IMG/VR virus record: IMGVR_UViG_3300045596_000094
Span: 96,001-160,000 of that record
Origin: a virus
Taxonomy: Duplodnaviria; Caudoviricetes
Length of the DNA stretch: 64,000 bases
Reading direction: 5' to 3' (one strand)
How positions within the stretch are numbered: position 1 is the stretch's first letter; every line of letters starts with the position of its first letter. The notes under the pieces are model-generated. The model had not been told where the DNA came from and ran no database searches. It worked only from the letters and a program-made list of their open reading frames with translations. Of this stretch, positions 47,901-56,874 are shown one piece after another. Both the position numbers and the translations under genes were made by a program.

Positions 47901-48767
47901 TTAGATTGCTTGTGAAATATAAGCGAGCAAATTAGTACGTTGATTCTGCGAAGTTACCGTGCGTTCAATTCCAGGAAGACTGATAGACTTCGAGAAATAT
48001 GTAGAACGTTTACGAGGGTTTGCAGCATTGACAATGATAGTCTGGAACAAATTGAACTGATCACGAATACCGTCATTCAATAAGTTAAAGGCACGGCACG
48101 CTAAACGATCAGTGAAAAGATCATCGGAGTGGCGATTTGCTAAATGTAAGATCACATCAAAACACATTGTAGAATCACCAACCTGACTATCTAATGCGCC
48201 AGTAACTGTACGATACCAAGCCATTTGATGTTTAGCTGCTTCTTCTAAAGTCACTGGACAACGAGCATTCATGTTTTTGTGGTATTGTTCAAAGCCACGA
48301 ATTGTACGTTTCAGTGTAGGGGTGTATTGTTCTGGATCTAATTTATATTTAGACTTAATGAAACCTTCTAGAGTTTCATTGCGAACATTTGGAGTAAGTA
48401 CATCTGTAGCTTTACCTACAAGTGTAATTCCCGGTACAACAACCTGCTCCACTTTAGCAATGACCTGATCGGTTGCTTCCAATTCAGCAACTGTCTGAAC
48501 TTTAGTTTCCGTTACTGGTTCTTCAACCTTCGGTTCTGGTTGTGGTTCAGGTTCTGATGGTGGGTTTTCTTGTTCCGGAGCTTCTTCATTTTGAACCGCA
48601 GGTACTTCTGTTTTATCTTCAGCAGGTACTGTTGGTGTTGGTTGCTCCGTTTCAGTAGTCACGGGAGTCTCTACAGCTTCTACAACTGCTTTTGCGGATT
48701 CAGCCGCTGCTGCTTTAGCTTTAGCTGCTGCGGTACGTGTAGTTGTTGTGCGTGGTTTATTAGCCAT
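47901..48767 (-). CDS. Conserved protein with basic N-terminus, Pro/Glu linker and helical C-domain (gene after vRNAP beta')
   Basis: 288 aa; composition and synteny. Confidence 0.7.
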   Translation of the reverse strand: MANKPRTTTTRTAAAKAKAAAAESAKAVVEAVETPVTTETEQPTPTVPAEDKTEVPAVQNEEAPEQENPPSEPEPQPEPKVEEPVTETKVQTVAELEATDQVIAKVEQVVVPGITLVGKATDVLTPNVRNETLEGFIKSKYKLDPEQYTPTLKRTIRGFEQYHKNMNARCPVTLEEAAKHQMAWYRTVTGALDSQVGDSTMCFDVILHLANRHSDDLFTDRLACRAFNLLNDGIRDQFNLFQTIIVNAANPRKRSTYFSKSISLPGIERTVTSQNQRTNLLAYISQAI

Positions 48768-48778
48768 TTGAAAAACTC

Positions 48779-50092
48779 CTAATAGGCAATAGCTTGAAGG
48801 TTAAGCGTTACAGTAGCAAGGGCTTTACCGTGCATACGCTTCATCTTATCATACATATAAACGTCACCAATGTTGGCAACAACAGAAGGGATACCGTTTG
48901 GTAGGCGACTATAAACTTTACCGATACATGTTGCACAGTAAGAAGAACCATCTACCTGGCAGTATTGTGGGGAATAGTACATGATGGTTTTACCATTCAG
49001 TGTTCCCACATTTTCTTTAGTAATTTCTTTTGGACCGCTTGGCGTTACTGCGTATAAACCGACCAGTCGTTTAACATTGTATCCATTGACCGTAATACGT
49101 TTACCTACAGTTGTACCGCAGAACTCTTTTGCAATTCTAGAGTTCATTGCCATACGGTAAGCGACTTTTACGTCAGCACCACCAAACTGGGTTTCTTTAC
49201 CACGGAAGTAAGAACCGGCACGAGCATCATTCACATGGGATGGAATATCTTTGATCTTCCATTTATCACGCAACGATGTGGCAATAAAGGTTGCTTCGCC
49301 ATCTGTACCAAAACCTGCAGAACCACCGATCATGGTTAATTGTTTCTTACGGGTTGGGTTAAAAGATTTACCCGTGATCAAGAAGTCACGTGCAGGATCG
49401 TTGGCAAATGATGCCTTATCGGCAGCAACCACCTGTTTCTCAATCTCCGCCTGAACCTTAATATCATGAAGCTGATGCGCGTTTTCTTTAATCAACTTAT
49501 CACGAAGCTTAATTACAGATGGATCTACGGTTAACGCTTTAGGAGAACCACTGGACGCAAATATAAATGCAAAGCCCGCCAATGCACCGCATGCCTCACC
49601 GTAAAGTAAATATTCGCGCACATAGACTTTCTGAGGGTCTTCCTCTTCGCCGACTTTCACATCATCAGTTAATAGTGAAGCCAAGGTATCTTCGAAACTT
49701 CCTGGAATTACATCGTTAATGAATTGGAACTTATCTTTAAAAGGATAATAAAGAAGAAACATATTCCCTAAGACAATACCGTACGTACTACTACACGCGG
49801 GGTTTTTCAAAGGTAACGCGTTTGCAGGAAGATTAATAATCTCCTTAGCATCAAAAGGAGCAATCCCTCGTTTGGTATCATCTAATCGTACAGGTGATCT
49901 ATTTCCCGTCTCATCAGGAATAGCAGCGTATAGATGATCGGTGTCGGTATGATCAAAGATAATTTGATAGTCATACGTGGCGTCCTGTAATAAAGGACGA
50001 TCTTTCTGAACACAGAAAGCCCCTACTACCCAAGCATAGCTTTTGTAAGCCCCTGCGTTCATCGCTTTGAGGAAGTAATCTAATCTAGTCAT
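48779..50092 (-). CDS. Virion RNA polymerase beta' subunit, middle part (phiKZ gp80-like); start moved to MTRLDYF
   Basis: Bridge-helix-like DARAGSYFRGKETQFGG; CGT; Zn site C-x6-CxxC; MKRMHG; GAGGT RBS. Confidence 0.88.
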   Translation of the reverse strand: MTRLDYFLKAMNAGAYKSYAWVVGAFCVQKDRPLLQDATYDYQIIFDHTDTDHLYAAIPDETGNRSPVRLDDTKRGIAPFDAKEIINLPANALPLKNPACSSTYGIVLGNMFLLYYPFKDKFQFINDVIPGSFEDTLASLLTDDVKVGEEEDPQKVYVREYLLYGEACGALAGFAFIFASSGSPKALTVDPSVIKLRDKLIKENAHQLHDIKVQAEIEKQVVAADKASFANDPARDFLITGKSFNPTRKKQLTMIGGSAGFGTDGEATFIATSLRDKWKIKDIPSHVNDARAGSYFRGKETQFGGADVKVAYRMAMNSRIAKEFCGTTVGKRITVNGYNVKRLVGLYAVTPSGPKEITKENVGTLNGKTIMYYSPQYCQVDGSSYCATCIGKVYSRLPNGIPSVVANIGDVYMYDKMKRMHGKALATVTLNLQAIAY

Positions 50093-50960
50093 AGCTATTA
50101 ACCTCACTCAGAGTAGCCTGCAGTACGGAATACACCCCATGCGCTTCGTTAATGTCTTCTACGAGCTGTTCGAGTTGTGTCTGTATAGTTTTAACTAATT
50201 CAACATTTCTTTGCCCTGTGAGCAAATAGAGCGAAATAAGCTCTAGCGCCACACGCTTATGATCTTTGAGATTGAGTGTGTGGAAATGTTCGGTAATCAT
50301 ATTTGTTAGTTGCTGGGCATTCATCCCTTTGACTAAGTATTGTTCACGAATCAAATTAATCACTGTAAGCTGTGGGTTACGTTCAGCAATTTTACGAATC
50401 AGTTCGATATTTTCTTCAGGGAAATCATCAGCAATTAATGCGTTCTTCGCGGTTAACCCCACAGAGTGTATTTCGTGGAGGCGATCAAAGAACATCAAAG
50501 GTACAACTTGCACACGATCATAGAACTCCATCTCGTCCATATCGACTATGATAGAAATAAGGCTATATAGTTTTGGCAAAGTTTCCTGATCATTACTGCA
50601 GATATTCATAATCACTTCATGCTGATCAAAACTATCGAGTAGACTAATTACTTCGTAAAGCTCTTTTAAGAATACTATGTCCTGACTGCTACAAATAATG
50701 TCGAATTCGGCAATGAGTTGCTTTAAGTACTTAATTAAAACGTCATTTAATTCATCCAAAATATCGGCTGATGTTTGATCTGACATTTTGTCAACCAAAG
50801 CGGTTAAAGAATCTAAAACACTAAAGACTTCTCTTTCTTTTAATAAGTCGATGATGGGTTGATATAGTGCAAGTTTATCCACACAGATGGTGGCAGTTAG
50901 AAATCGCTCTATCGGTTCAATAGTCGCGACATTCTGAGTGTCTGTAGGTTGCATGGTCAT
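50085..50960 (-). CDS. Conserved helical protein (phiKZ gp79-like)
   Basis: 291 aa overlapping the vRNAP start; synteny. Confidence 0.6.
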   Translation of the reverse strand: MTMQPTDTQNVATIEPIERFLTATICVDKLALYQPIIDLLKEREVFSVLDSLTALVDKMSDQTSADILDELNDVLIKYLKQLIAEFDIICSSQDIVFLKELYEVISLLDSFDQHEVIMNICSNDQETLPKLYSLISIIVDMDEMEFYDRVQVVPLMFFDRLHEIHSVGLTAKNALIADDFPEENIELIRKIAERNPQLTVINLIREQYLVKGMNAQQLTNMITEHFHTLNLKDHKRVALELISLYLLTGQRNVELVKTIQTQLEQLVEDINEAHGVYSVLQATLSEVNSYD

Positions 50961-51037
50961 ATATCCGTCTAGTATTTAATTACTGGGTCTCGCATTCATA
51001 TGAATGCATTTCCCTCTCATTTTTGATAAGGTTAGTT

Positions 51038-51625
51038 ATGGCTTATAAGCACCAAACAAAAGGGCGTAACAAACGCCGTACACAGGCGATCCAAAAAGCC
51101 AAAGGCGGGCATATCTCTCAAGACAAATACCGCTCTCTCTTAAACAAACTCGCTCAAACTGTTTTAACCGTTAAAGGTCAACAGCAAATCCTTACACAAG
51201 CTCCGCCGATTTTCAATGTTCGCCCTATGATCGAACGTGGTGAAATCGACCCAAAACTTCTTGATGCTAAAAAGTTGGTTGAATGTGGAAAACAGATTCT
51301 GCTTGCAGAACCAACTCTCGCCACACGCATTGAAAATCTTCTTAATAGAGCAGCCGACTTTCTAGACCACGCATATAAAGTGAACTTCGGCGGATTGTCT
51401 GAAGTCAATCAACTCAAGACAGTATCTCAGATTCTTGAAATTCAATCTGAATCAGAAGCCTGGGCTATTGATTTCACTTCTCAAATTCATGGACCGCTAT
51501 TGGAAGCAATAGATGTTCTGAATAAGGCTTTACCAGAAGCCAATCGTGTTGACGTAAAAGACATGCTCAACATGGTAAACGCACTAAAATTACTTACGAA
51601 CGAACAAGGTGAAACAAATGTCTAA
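51038..51625 (+). CDS. Conserved hypothetical protein with basic N-terminus (start moved to MAYKH)
   Basis: AAGGT RBS before ATG 51038. Confidence 0.7.
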   Translation: MAYKHQTKGRNKRRTQAIQKAKGGHISQDKYRSLLNKLAQTVLTVKGQQQILTQAPPIFNVRPMIERGEIDPKLLDAKKLVECGKQILLAEPTLATRIENLLNRAADFLDHAYKVNFGGLSEVNQLKTVSQILEIQSESEAWAIDFTSQIHGPLLEAIDVLNKALPEANRVDVKDMLNMVNALKLLTNEQGETNV

Positions 51626-53273
51626 TAACGAACAAGAACTTCCAATGTTAGATGAAGATGGTGTGGAGGTAACACCGCCGGAACCCGAAACGGTACCCCT
51701 CCTGGAGACTGTACCCGGTGATGTTCCACCAGAAAAACCGCAGGAAGATACGAAAGAAGACATTATCGATATTCCTGAAGTGAAACTTCCACGCACTGAG
51801 GCAGAGCCTAACATGCGTGTTAAGAAAGTGTTTGATGTCTATTCGGTTATTGATGAAACTACTAAGAGTAAAGATAAACGCGAACCTTTACTCTTACTGG
51901 CAAAACCATTCAAGTTTTTGCGTGAAGGTGCCGAATCAGAAGCTTGGACACTACTCACTGAAGACATGAGTAAAGATGAAGCTTTGCAGGAGTTCATGGC
52001 ACGCTTCTTCTATGCTGGAACTTTCTCATTAGGTCAATCCGAAATTAAAGATCGTGGATTCTTTGAAGGTTGGTTGGGTGATGAAGAAACACCAAATGAT
52101 TCGATCTTACAACAAATTCGTGACGATAAAAATTCAATTGCGATTGGTGCTCGTCGACCAGATATCGGTAAACAAGGTGGTCGTCGCTTAACAGGTAAAG
52201 CAGCACGTGCTCAAATTGGTTCTGTATTAGGTAACGGTATTACTACGAGCATTCCTTTACCACATACCGGTATCAACATGGAGTTTAGTGCGCGCGGTGA
52301 CGTTGAACTTCTTAACCTTGATTTAAAGATGGCTGAAGAACGTGTTAAAATCGGACATGATACAGCGGGAATGATTTTCCAATGTTCACAGTTTGGTATC
52401 TCAGAGCGTTTATTCAATTTCGCCATGGAATCGGTTACAGATGCGAATCTTCTTGGGTGGGATGATCCATCTATGGAGTTAGCAAAACTGATTCCGATTA
52501 CTGATTTACCAGTGATTTATTGGGGTGTTGCACAGACACTCTATCCTAACGGATACCCATTAGATTTACCATGTGCCTCTGGTCCATTAAACTGTAAACA
52601 TGTTGAACGTGTGAATTTGAATATTCAACGCATCTTCTGGATGAATCGTTCAAAACTTACAACCGATCAACAAAAGCAGTTGTCCGCGGTACGCCATAAA
52701 CACTCTCTAAACGATTTGGAGACGTACGCAAAAGAAGCAGCGAACATTCGTGAACATTCATTCGATGTTATTGTCAATGGCGCTAAGATGACACTGGAAT
52801 TAACAGTGCCAACTATTCACGAGCATATCGAAGCGGGTAAACGTTGGGCATTAGAAGCTGGCCGTGCTGTGGAAGATATCCTTCAAACAGATGATCCAGA
52901 TCCAATGCGTCGACTGGCGTACATGCGTCGAGTTATTGAAATGTCTTCTCTGCGGGAATATGTTTCTTGGGTTAAGAAAATTACCTTTGAAAATGGTAGT
53001 TATGTCGACAACAAAAATGTTGAAGATATCGAATATAACTTAACTCAACTTACACGTGGCGATGATGAAGTTGTTGATCAGATTTTCGCTGAAATTCAGA
53101 AGTTCATTGAGAAATCAACAGTCGCCATTATTGCTATTCCGAACTACGCATGCCCTAAATGTGAAACGGATCAGGCTACGACCGTATCTGAAGAACATCC
53201 AGAGCTTATTCCTTTGGACATCGAAAAACTTTTTTTCGAATTAAAGGACCGCAGACTAGCATCCCGTTTGTAA
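51618..53273 (+). CDS. phiKZ gp77-like protein; candidate tail/baseplate assembly chaperone with two Cys pairs
   Basis: YPNGYP..PC..C, CPKC, C-terminal L.LFF; resembles T4 gp26/gp51-type assembly proteins (inference). Confidence 0.65.
   Translation: MSNNEQELPMLDEDGVEVTPPEPETVPLLETVPGDVPPEKPQEDTKEDIIDIPEVKLPRTEAEPNMRVKKVFDVYSVIDETTKSKDKREPLLLLAKPFKFLREGAESEAWTLLTEDMSKDEALQEFMARFFYAGTFSLGQSEIKDRGFFEGWLGDEETPNDSILQQIRDDKNSIAIGARRPDIGKQGGRRLTGKAARAQIGSVLGNGITTSIPLPHTGINMEFSARGDVELLNLDLKMAEERVKIGHDTAGMIFQCSQFGISERLFNFAMESVTDANLLGWDDPSMELAKLIPITDLPVIYWGVAQTLYPNGYPLDLPCASGPLNCKHVERVNLNIQRIFWMNRSKLTTDQQKQLSAVRHKHSLNDLETYAKEAANIREHSFDVIVNGAKMTLELTVPTIHEHIEAGKRWALEAGRAVEDILQTDDPDPMRRLAYMRRVIEMSSLREYVSWVKKITFENGSYVDNKNVEDIEYNLTQLTRGDDEVVDQIFAEIQKFIEKSTVAIIAIPNYACPKCETDQATTVSEEHPELIPLDIEKLFFELKDRRLASRL
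53231..53237 (+). promoter_or_regulatory. Putative -1 ribosomal frameshift slippery heptamer T-TTT-TTC
   Basis: In-phase X-XXY-YYZ; -1 frame is open from 53192 to 53821. Confidence 0.55.
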
Positions 53274-53305
53274 AAGGTGGGAAGCTTCTAGATAATGACC
53301 CAGAG

Positions 53306-53821
53306 ATGGGCCATGTGACTAGACAGCGTTTTGGTAAGAATACAGATACTCTCAATTTATTATTTGAGTTTGCCGCTAAAGTAGGTAGATGTAATAATGG
53401 TTGGGAGGTCGCTTACTTCATGCAGGCTTTCTACGACAATGTGTATGGTTTATCAGATAAGATGTATCTGGAGAACTATGAGCGCAAAGAAGTGAATAAC
53501 TTCAACCGCCCATTGTCGATGGTCAGTATGAATAGTCGTGAAGGGTTAAGTGAGTTCTCAGGATATCGAAGACGTTTAGTGGAATACATGTCCTTTAAAG
53601 TAAAAGATAATACTGGGATGAGTTTTCTTGAATGGATTAATTTACCAACATTCATTCTAGAGCAACTCCTTGGCGATTTAAGACTACAGTTCCAAGAGCG
53701 TGAAGCAGAAGCGGAGCGTCAAAAACAAGCCATGTTAGATCAAGCTAATATGGGCGGTGCTAAGGATCCGCATACCTTGGCAATGGAACAACTCGCTGGC
53801 GGTTCGAAATACCGAGCTTAA
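53306..53821 (+). CDS. Conserved protein; probable -1 frameshift extension of the upstream gene
   Basis: GMSFLEWINLP motif resembles tail-chaperone T segments; weak RBS at its own ATG. Confidence 0.65.
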   Translation: MGHVTRQRFGKNTDTLNLLFEFAAKVGRCNNGWEVAYFMQAFYDNVYGLSDKMYLENYERKEVNNFNRPLSMVSMNSREGLSEFSGYRRRLVEYMSFKVKDNTGMSFLEWINLPTFILEQLLGDLRLQFQEREAEAERQKQAMLDQANMGGAKDPHTLAMEQLAGGSKYRA

Positions 53822-53843
53822 ACAAAAAAAAATAATTGAATAA

Positions 53844-53873
53844 ATAGACTAGAGCCCTAGGGCTCTAGTCTAT
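53844..53873. terminator. Perfect 30 bp CCCTAGGG palindrome
   Basis: ATAGACTAGAGCCCT/AGGGCTCTAGTCTAT between convergent genes. Confidence 0.85.
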
Positions 53874-53876
53874 GCT

Positions 53877-54188
53877 TTATGGGTTTAACCCATCTCCAAA
53901 TGTGTGGTGTACAAAGTATTCACCACAAAGTAATTCTGCCGTATCAAATCCGCAACTATCGATAACCATTTGTTGGAATTCACCAGATAAGTTAACATCT
54001 GTAAACTCTGGGCCATAATTATCGTTACAGATAAAGTGGAGATCAACAACTTCTTCTGTAGGGAGAGTAATTCGAATATAACCGCCAGTACCGATGCTTA
54101 CTTTTAAAAGGTGTTGATATAATGTCTCGGAAGATTCCCAAGCTGTTATTGTTTCTGATCCCATTGGGTTTTTGATAGTAGTAATCAT
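53877..54188 (-). CDS. Hypothetical acidic early protein
   Basis: 103 aa with CTTTAAGGAA RBS. Confidence 0.75.
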   Translation of the reverse strand: MITTIKNPMGSETITAWESSETLYQHLLKVSIGTGGYIRITLPTEEVVDLHFICNDNYGPEFTDVNLSGEFQQMVIDSCGFDTAELLCGEYFVHHTFGDGLNP

Positions 54189-54229
54189 GTTAATTTCCTT
54201 AAAGGGTTTGGTTATTTAATATATGATAA

Positions 54230-54259
54230 AATGATTAGATCTCTAGAGATCTAATCATT
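54230..54259. repeat. Perfect 30 bp palindrome (TCTAGA core)
   Basis: AATGATTAGATCTCT/AGAGATCTAATCATT. Confidence 0.85.
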
Positions 54260-54267
54260 AAGTTATG

Positions 54268-54444
54268 TTATTGCTGTTTGAATTTCGATGCAGCAACAAA
54301 TCCAGCAGCAGCCGCACTTACGACAGCGATCACAATACCTGCGATCTTTGCTGCAATAACTGTCTTGGTTGATTTTGGTACAAAAACTGTTTCTGGCTCT
54401 TGAGCTGTGTTTTCAGTTTGGTTTTGAGTGTTTTGAGTATTCAT
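54268..54444 (-). CDS. 58 aa membrane peptide (absent from ORF track)
   Basis: MNTQNTQNQTENTAQEPETVFVPKSTKTVIAAKIAGIVIAVVSAAAAGFVAASKFKQQ; CTTTAAGGAA RBS; flanked by palindromes. Confidence 0.8.
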   Translation of the reverse strand: MNTQNTQNQTENTAQEPETVFVPKSTKTVIAAKIAGIVIAVVSAAAAGFVAASKFKQQ

Positions 54445-54488
54445 GATGAATTCCTTAAAGTGAGTTTAAATAGTTTGTTACGTAAGAA

Positions 54489-54514
54489 GAATAGGAAACC
54501 TAGGTTTCCTATTC
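54489..54514. repeat. Perfect 26 bp palindrome (CCTAGG core)
   Basis: GAATAGGAAACCT/AGGTTTCCTATTC. Confidence 0.85.
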
Positions 54515-54521
54515 GGTATGA

Positions 54522-54812
54522 TTAAGCCTCTACAATTGCTTTAAGTATAGTCGCATAACGTGGGGCGTTAATACCCATTCCGAAAGAGGTGGTCTTTCTT
54601 AAAACATTCCCTGTTTTCGTGTATCCGCGTTTTACTAACATGTTAGCACACCAGTAATTAAATGCGGTAGACGCTACAATCGTCGTAGTAGTAATTGTTA
54701 GCGCTGCAGCTTTATTTCCTTTGCATGACTGCAAAATCATTTCGCCAGTTGCTTTGTCAGATTCAACAACAACATTAACTGTAGTAGCGATGATATTTAA
54801 TAAATTTTTCAT
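54522..54812 (-). CDS. Small early protein of the MKNL-CKGNK-KRGY family
   Basis: 96 aa; CTTTAAGGAA RBS; central hydrophobic helix. Confidence 0.8.
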   Translation of the reverse strand: MKNLLNIIATTVNVVVESDKATGEMILQSCKGNKAAALTITTTTIVASTAFNYWCANMLVKRGYTKTGNVLRKTTSFGMGINAPRYATILKAIVEA

Positions 54813-54852
54813 GATGTGTTTCCTTAAAGAGTTTGGGTTGTGTGTTAATGGT

Positions 54853-54880
54853 ATACTTGACAGCCGAAACTGTCAAGTAT
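54853..54880 (-). terminator. UUCG-containing hairpin
   Basis: ATACTTGACAG/CTGTCAAGTAT stem. Confidence 0.75.
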
Positions 54881-54891
54881 AAATTTCATTT

Positions 54892-55198
54892 TTATTTGTC
54901 AGCGTAAATCGATTTGATTGTATTTACATGTACATCGATCTGAATCATTGATCCAGTTAGAATTAATGTGTCTAGAATTTGTGCGGTTTTCTTATAGCCG
55001 CGTTTTTTTCAACGCTCGAGAAACCAATACGTTTGATGCTGTTTGAATAGCCACCATGCTAACGTAGGTAGCGGTCGCTAAAGATTTATTACCTTTACAT
55101 ACGTTTAATAATCCTTCTGCACAGAGTTCGGCATCAACTTTACGTAATTCAGCTACGTTAGAGATAGTATTGATTGCTTTGTTGAATAAGTTTTTCAT
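54892..55198 (-). pseudogene. Frameshifted paralog of 54522-54812 (extra A in the A7 run at 55003-55009)
   Basis: Removing one A restores KRGYKKTAQIL...IKSIYADK*, matching KRGYTKTGNVL...LKAIVEA* of the paralog. Confidence 0.8.
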
Positions 55199-55254
55199 AA
55201 TGATATTTCCTAAATGGGATATAAAAAGGTTTATTAAATAGGATTCGTTTTCCT

Positions 55255-55296
55255 ATTCATAATGGTAATGTGTAAGTGAAATATTTTTAAATGAGA
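55255..55296 (-). promoter_or_regulatory. Putative early promoter
   Basis: Minus strand TCTCATTTAAAAATATTTCACTTACACATTACCATTATGAAT; close match to the 47732 copy. Confidence 0.8.
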
Positions 55297-55342
55297 TTTT
55301 TCACATGCACTTAGAGCCCGTAAGCTCTAAGTGCATTATGGT

Positions 55343-55492
55343 TTATTTAAATAACTTTGTCAATAATAAAAAGAAAAGATTTCTAACTCTATTTTCACGC
55401 ACATAAATGCGGATCACTTCATCACTCAACTCATCGGTATAATCTTCCGCTTTGTTATCGTTATCCATAAAGACATCCTTTCCCTTACTCAT
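55343..55492 (-). CDS. 49 aa hypothetical peptide (absent from ORF track; start may be 55468)
   Basis: MSKGKDVFMDNDNKAEDYTDELSDEVIRIYVRENRVRNLFFLLLTKLFK; fills the space between two hairpins. Confidence 0.45.
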   Translation of the reverse strand: MSKGKDVFMDNDNKAEDYTDELSDEVIRIYVRENRVRNLFFLLLTKLFK

Positions 55493-55525
55493 AAGAATTC
55501 AAAAGAAAAATATCTAAAGGTTAAG

Positions 55526-55551
55526 AGAGAAAGACCCGAAGGTCTTTCTCT
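55526..55551 (-). terminator. cUUCGg hairpin terminator
   Basis: Minus strand AGAGAAAGACC-TTCG-GGTCTTTCTCT. Confidence 0.8.
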
Positions 55552-55556
55552 AAAGG

Positions 55557-55892
55557 TCAAATGATGTCGCCATTATCAAAGATAAGAAACAGAGTCCAAA
55601 GATCTTCCAGACCCCCTAAGCGATGAAAAGAATCTTTTACGTGCTCGGGTCGTTCATTGCCAGTGTAGTCTTCCAACATTACTGCATCCGCAATCAAAGG
55701 TTCCAACCATTGTTTGATAACCTCATAAGTGTCACTTTTCTTTGGACGCAAAGTATGAGTTTCACCATTGACTGAAGTGACCACGATCTTTTTCGTGGAA
55801 ACTTCCCCACGCTGACAGATCATATCGATCACTTCCGAAGTGACCTCTACCGCTTTATGTCTAGCTAAAAGTACCTTTTCACGTTTTAACAT
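55557..55892 (-). CDS. Hypothetical protein
   Basis: 111 aa, tightly packed. Confidence 0.7.
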   Translation of the reverse strand: MLKREKVLLARHKAVEVTSEVIDMICQRGEVSTKKIVVTSVNGETHTLRPKKSDTYEVIKQWLEPLIADAVMLEDYTGNERPEHVKDSFHRLGGLEDLWTLFLIFDNGDII

Positions 55893-55895
55893 TAT

Positions 55896-56405
55896 TTATT
55901 CACCCATACAACCATCAATACTAGAACGAAAATAACAAGGATAGATATAATTACCCAAAACCGAGACACAGCCGCGCTTTCCTGAAGTATACGTGGTGGT
56001 AAAGGTAAATGCTGTTTCGTAATTATAAGACCCTTCGTTAACCAAAGGAGGGAACTCTATCTCCTCTGGCTGTTCAATCTTTTTTATCGGAGGTTCTCCC
56101 AACTGTAAAAGATCCACACGATTAACGCCCAGTAACTGACGTATTTCTTGAGGTGTATGTGATTGGAACATTCGCACCCCATTTACATACACCGGTTTAC
56201 CCGTTAATGCATCGTACATGGTTTGTGCTTTCACCACAATTTCATCGGAGTCTTCAGGGTCTTGGATCAGTCCTTTATCAGAACTCCACCACCAACCTTT
56301 AAGATCATGTTCAATTCCACGCAATTGAATTTCCTTCATAAATGACATAGTGGCAACAAAACCACCTTCGGCCACAATCACCATTCCACCTAATAACTTT
56401 GACAT
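55896..56405 (-). CDS. Hypothetical protein
   Basis: 169 aa with GGAG RBS. Confidence 0.7.
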   Translation of the reverse strand: MSKLLGGMVIVAEGGFVATMSFMKEIQLRGIEHDLKGWWWSSDKGLIQDPEDSDEIVVKAQTMYDALTGKPVYVNGVRMFQSHTPQEIRQLLGVNRVDLLQLGEPPIKKIEQPEEIEFPPLVNEGSYNYETAFTFTTTYTSGKRGCVSVLGNYIYPCYFRSSIDGCMGE

Positions 56406-56422
56406 TCTTTCTCTCCAGATAT

Positions 56423-56812
56423 TTATTTAGCTACATTTGTTAAAGATAGACCCAGCTGTTTACAGATTGCAACAAGTTTTCGTTTCTCTGTACTGTTCGC
56501 AGCCTTTGTACGGATACGTGCCATGAGTTGTGTGAGGCTCATAAAGCTGAGTTTACTTAAAGTCTTATCCATCCATCCAAAACGGATTACAATTGTCTCT
56601 ATGATCTCTAGATCGCAATCACGACCTCGGAGATAATCTTCTATTTCTTCTAAGATATCTGCTTGGCGGTAATATAAGGGTTTGTACGTTACGCGTTTAT
56701 CCGACGCTGCGGCTTGAAACAAGAAAGAGATAGACCGTTCAATAAATACATAACGACCTTCTTTATCAATACCTTCGAATACGCCATTGATTTCTTTTAC
56801 TGATTTTAACAT
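56423..56812 (-). CDS. Hypothetical protein
   Basis: 129 aa with AGGA RBS. Confidence 0.7.
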   Translation of the reverse strand: MLKSVKEINGVFEGIDKEGRYVFIERSISFLFQAAASDKRVTYKPLYYRQADILEEIEDYLRGRDCDLEIIETIVIRFGWMDKTLSKLSFMSLTQLMARIRTKAANSTEKRKLVAICKQLGLSLTNVAK

Positions 56813-56874
56813 TTAAATATTTCCTATATTGGATAAAGCATAAGTAAAACGGAAGGGGATTTCTCCCCTTCGCG

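Noticed and set aside
53844-55335. True integron with attC sites
   Set aside because: No integrase in the window, and the palindromes lack RYYYAAC/GTTRRRY ends and extrahelical bases
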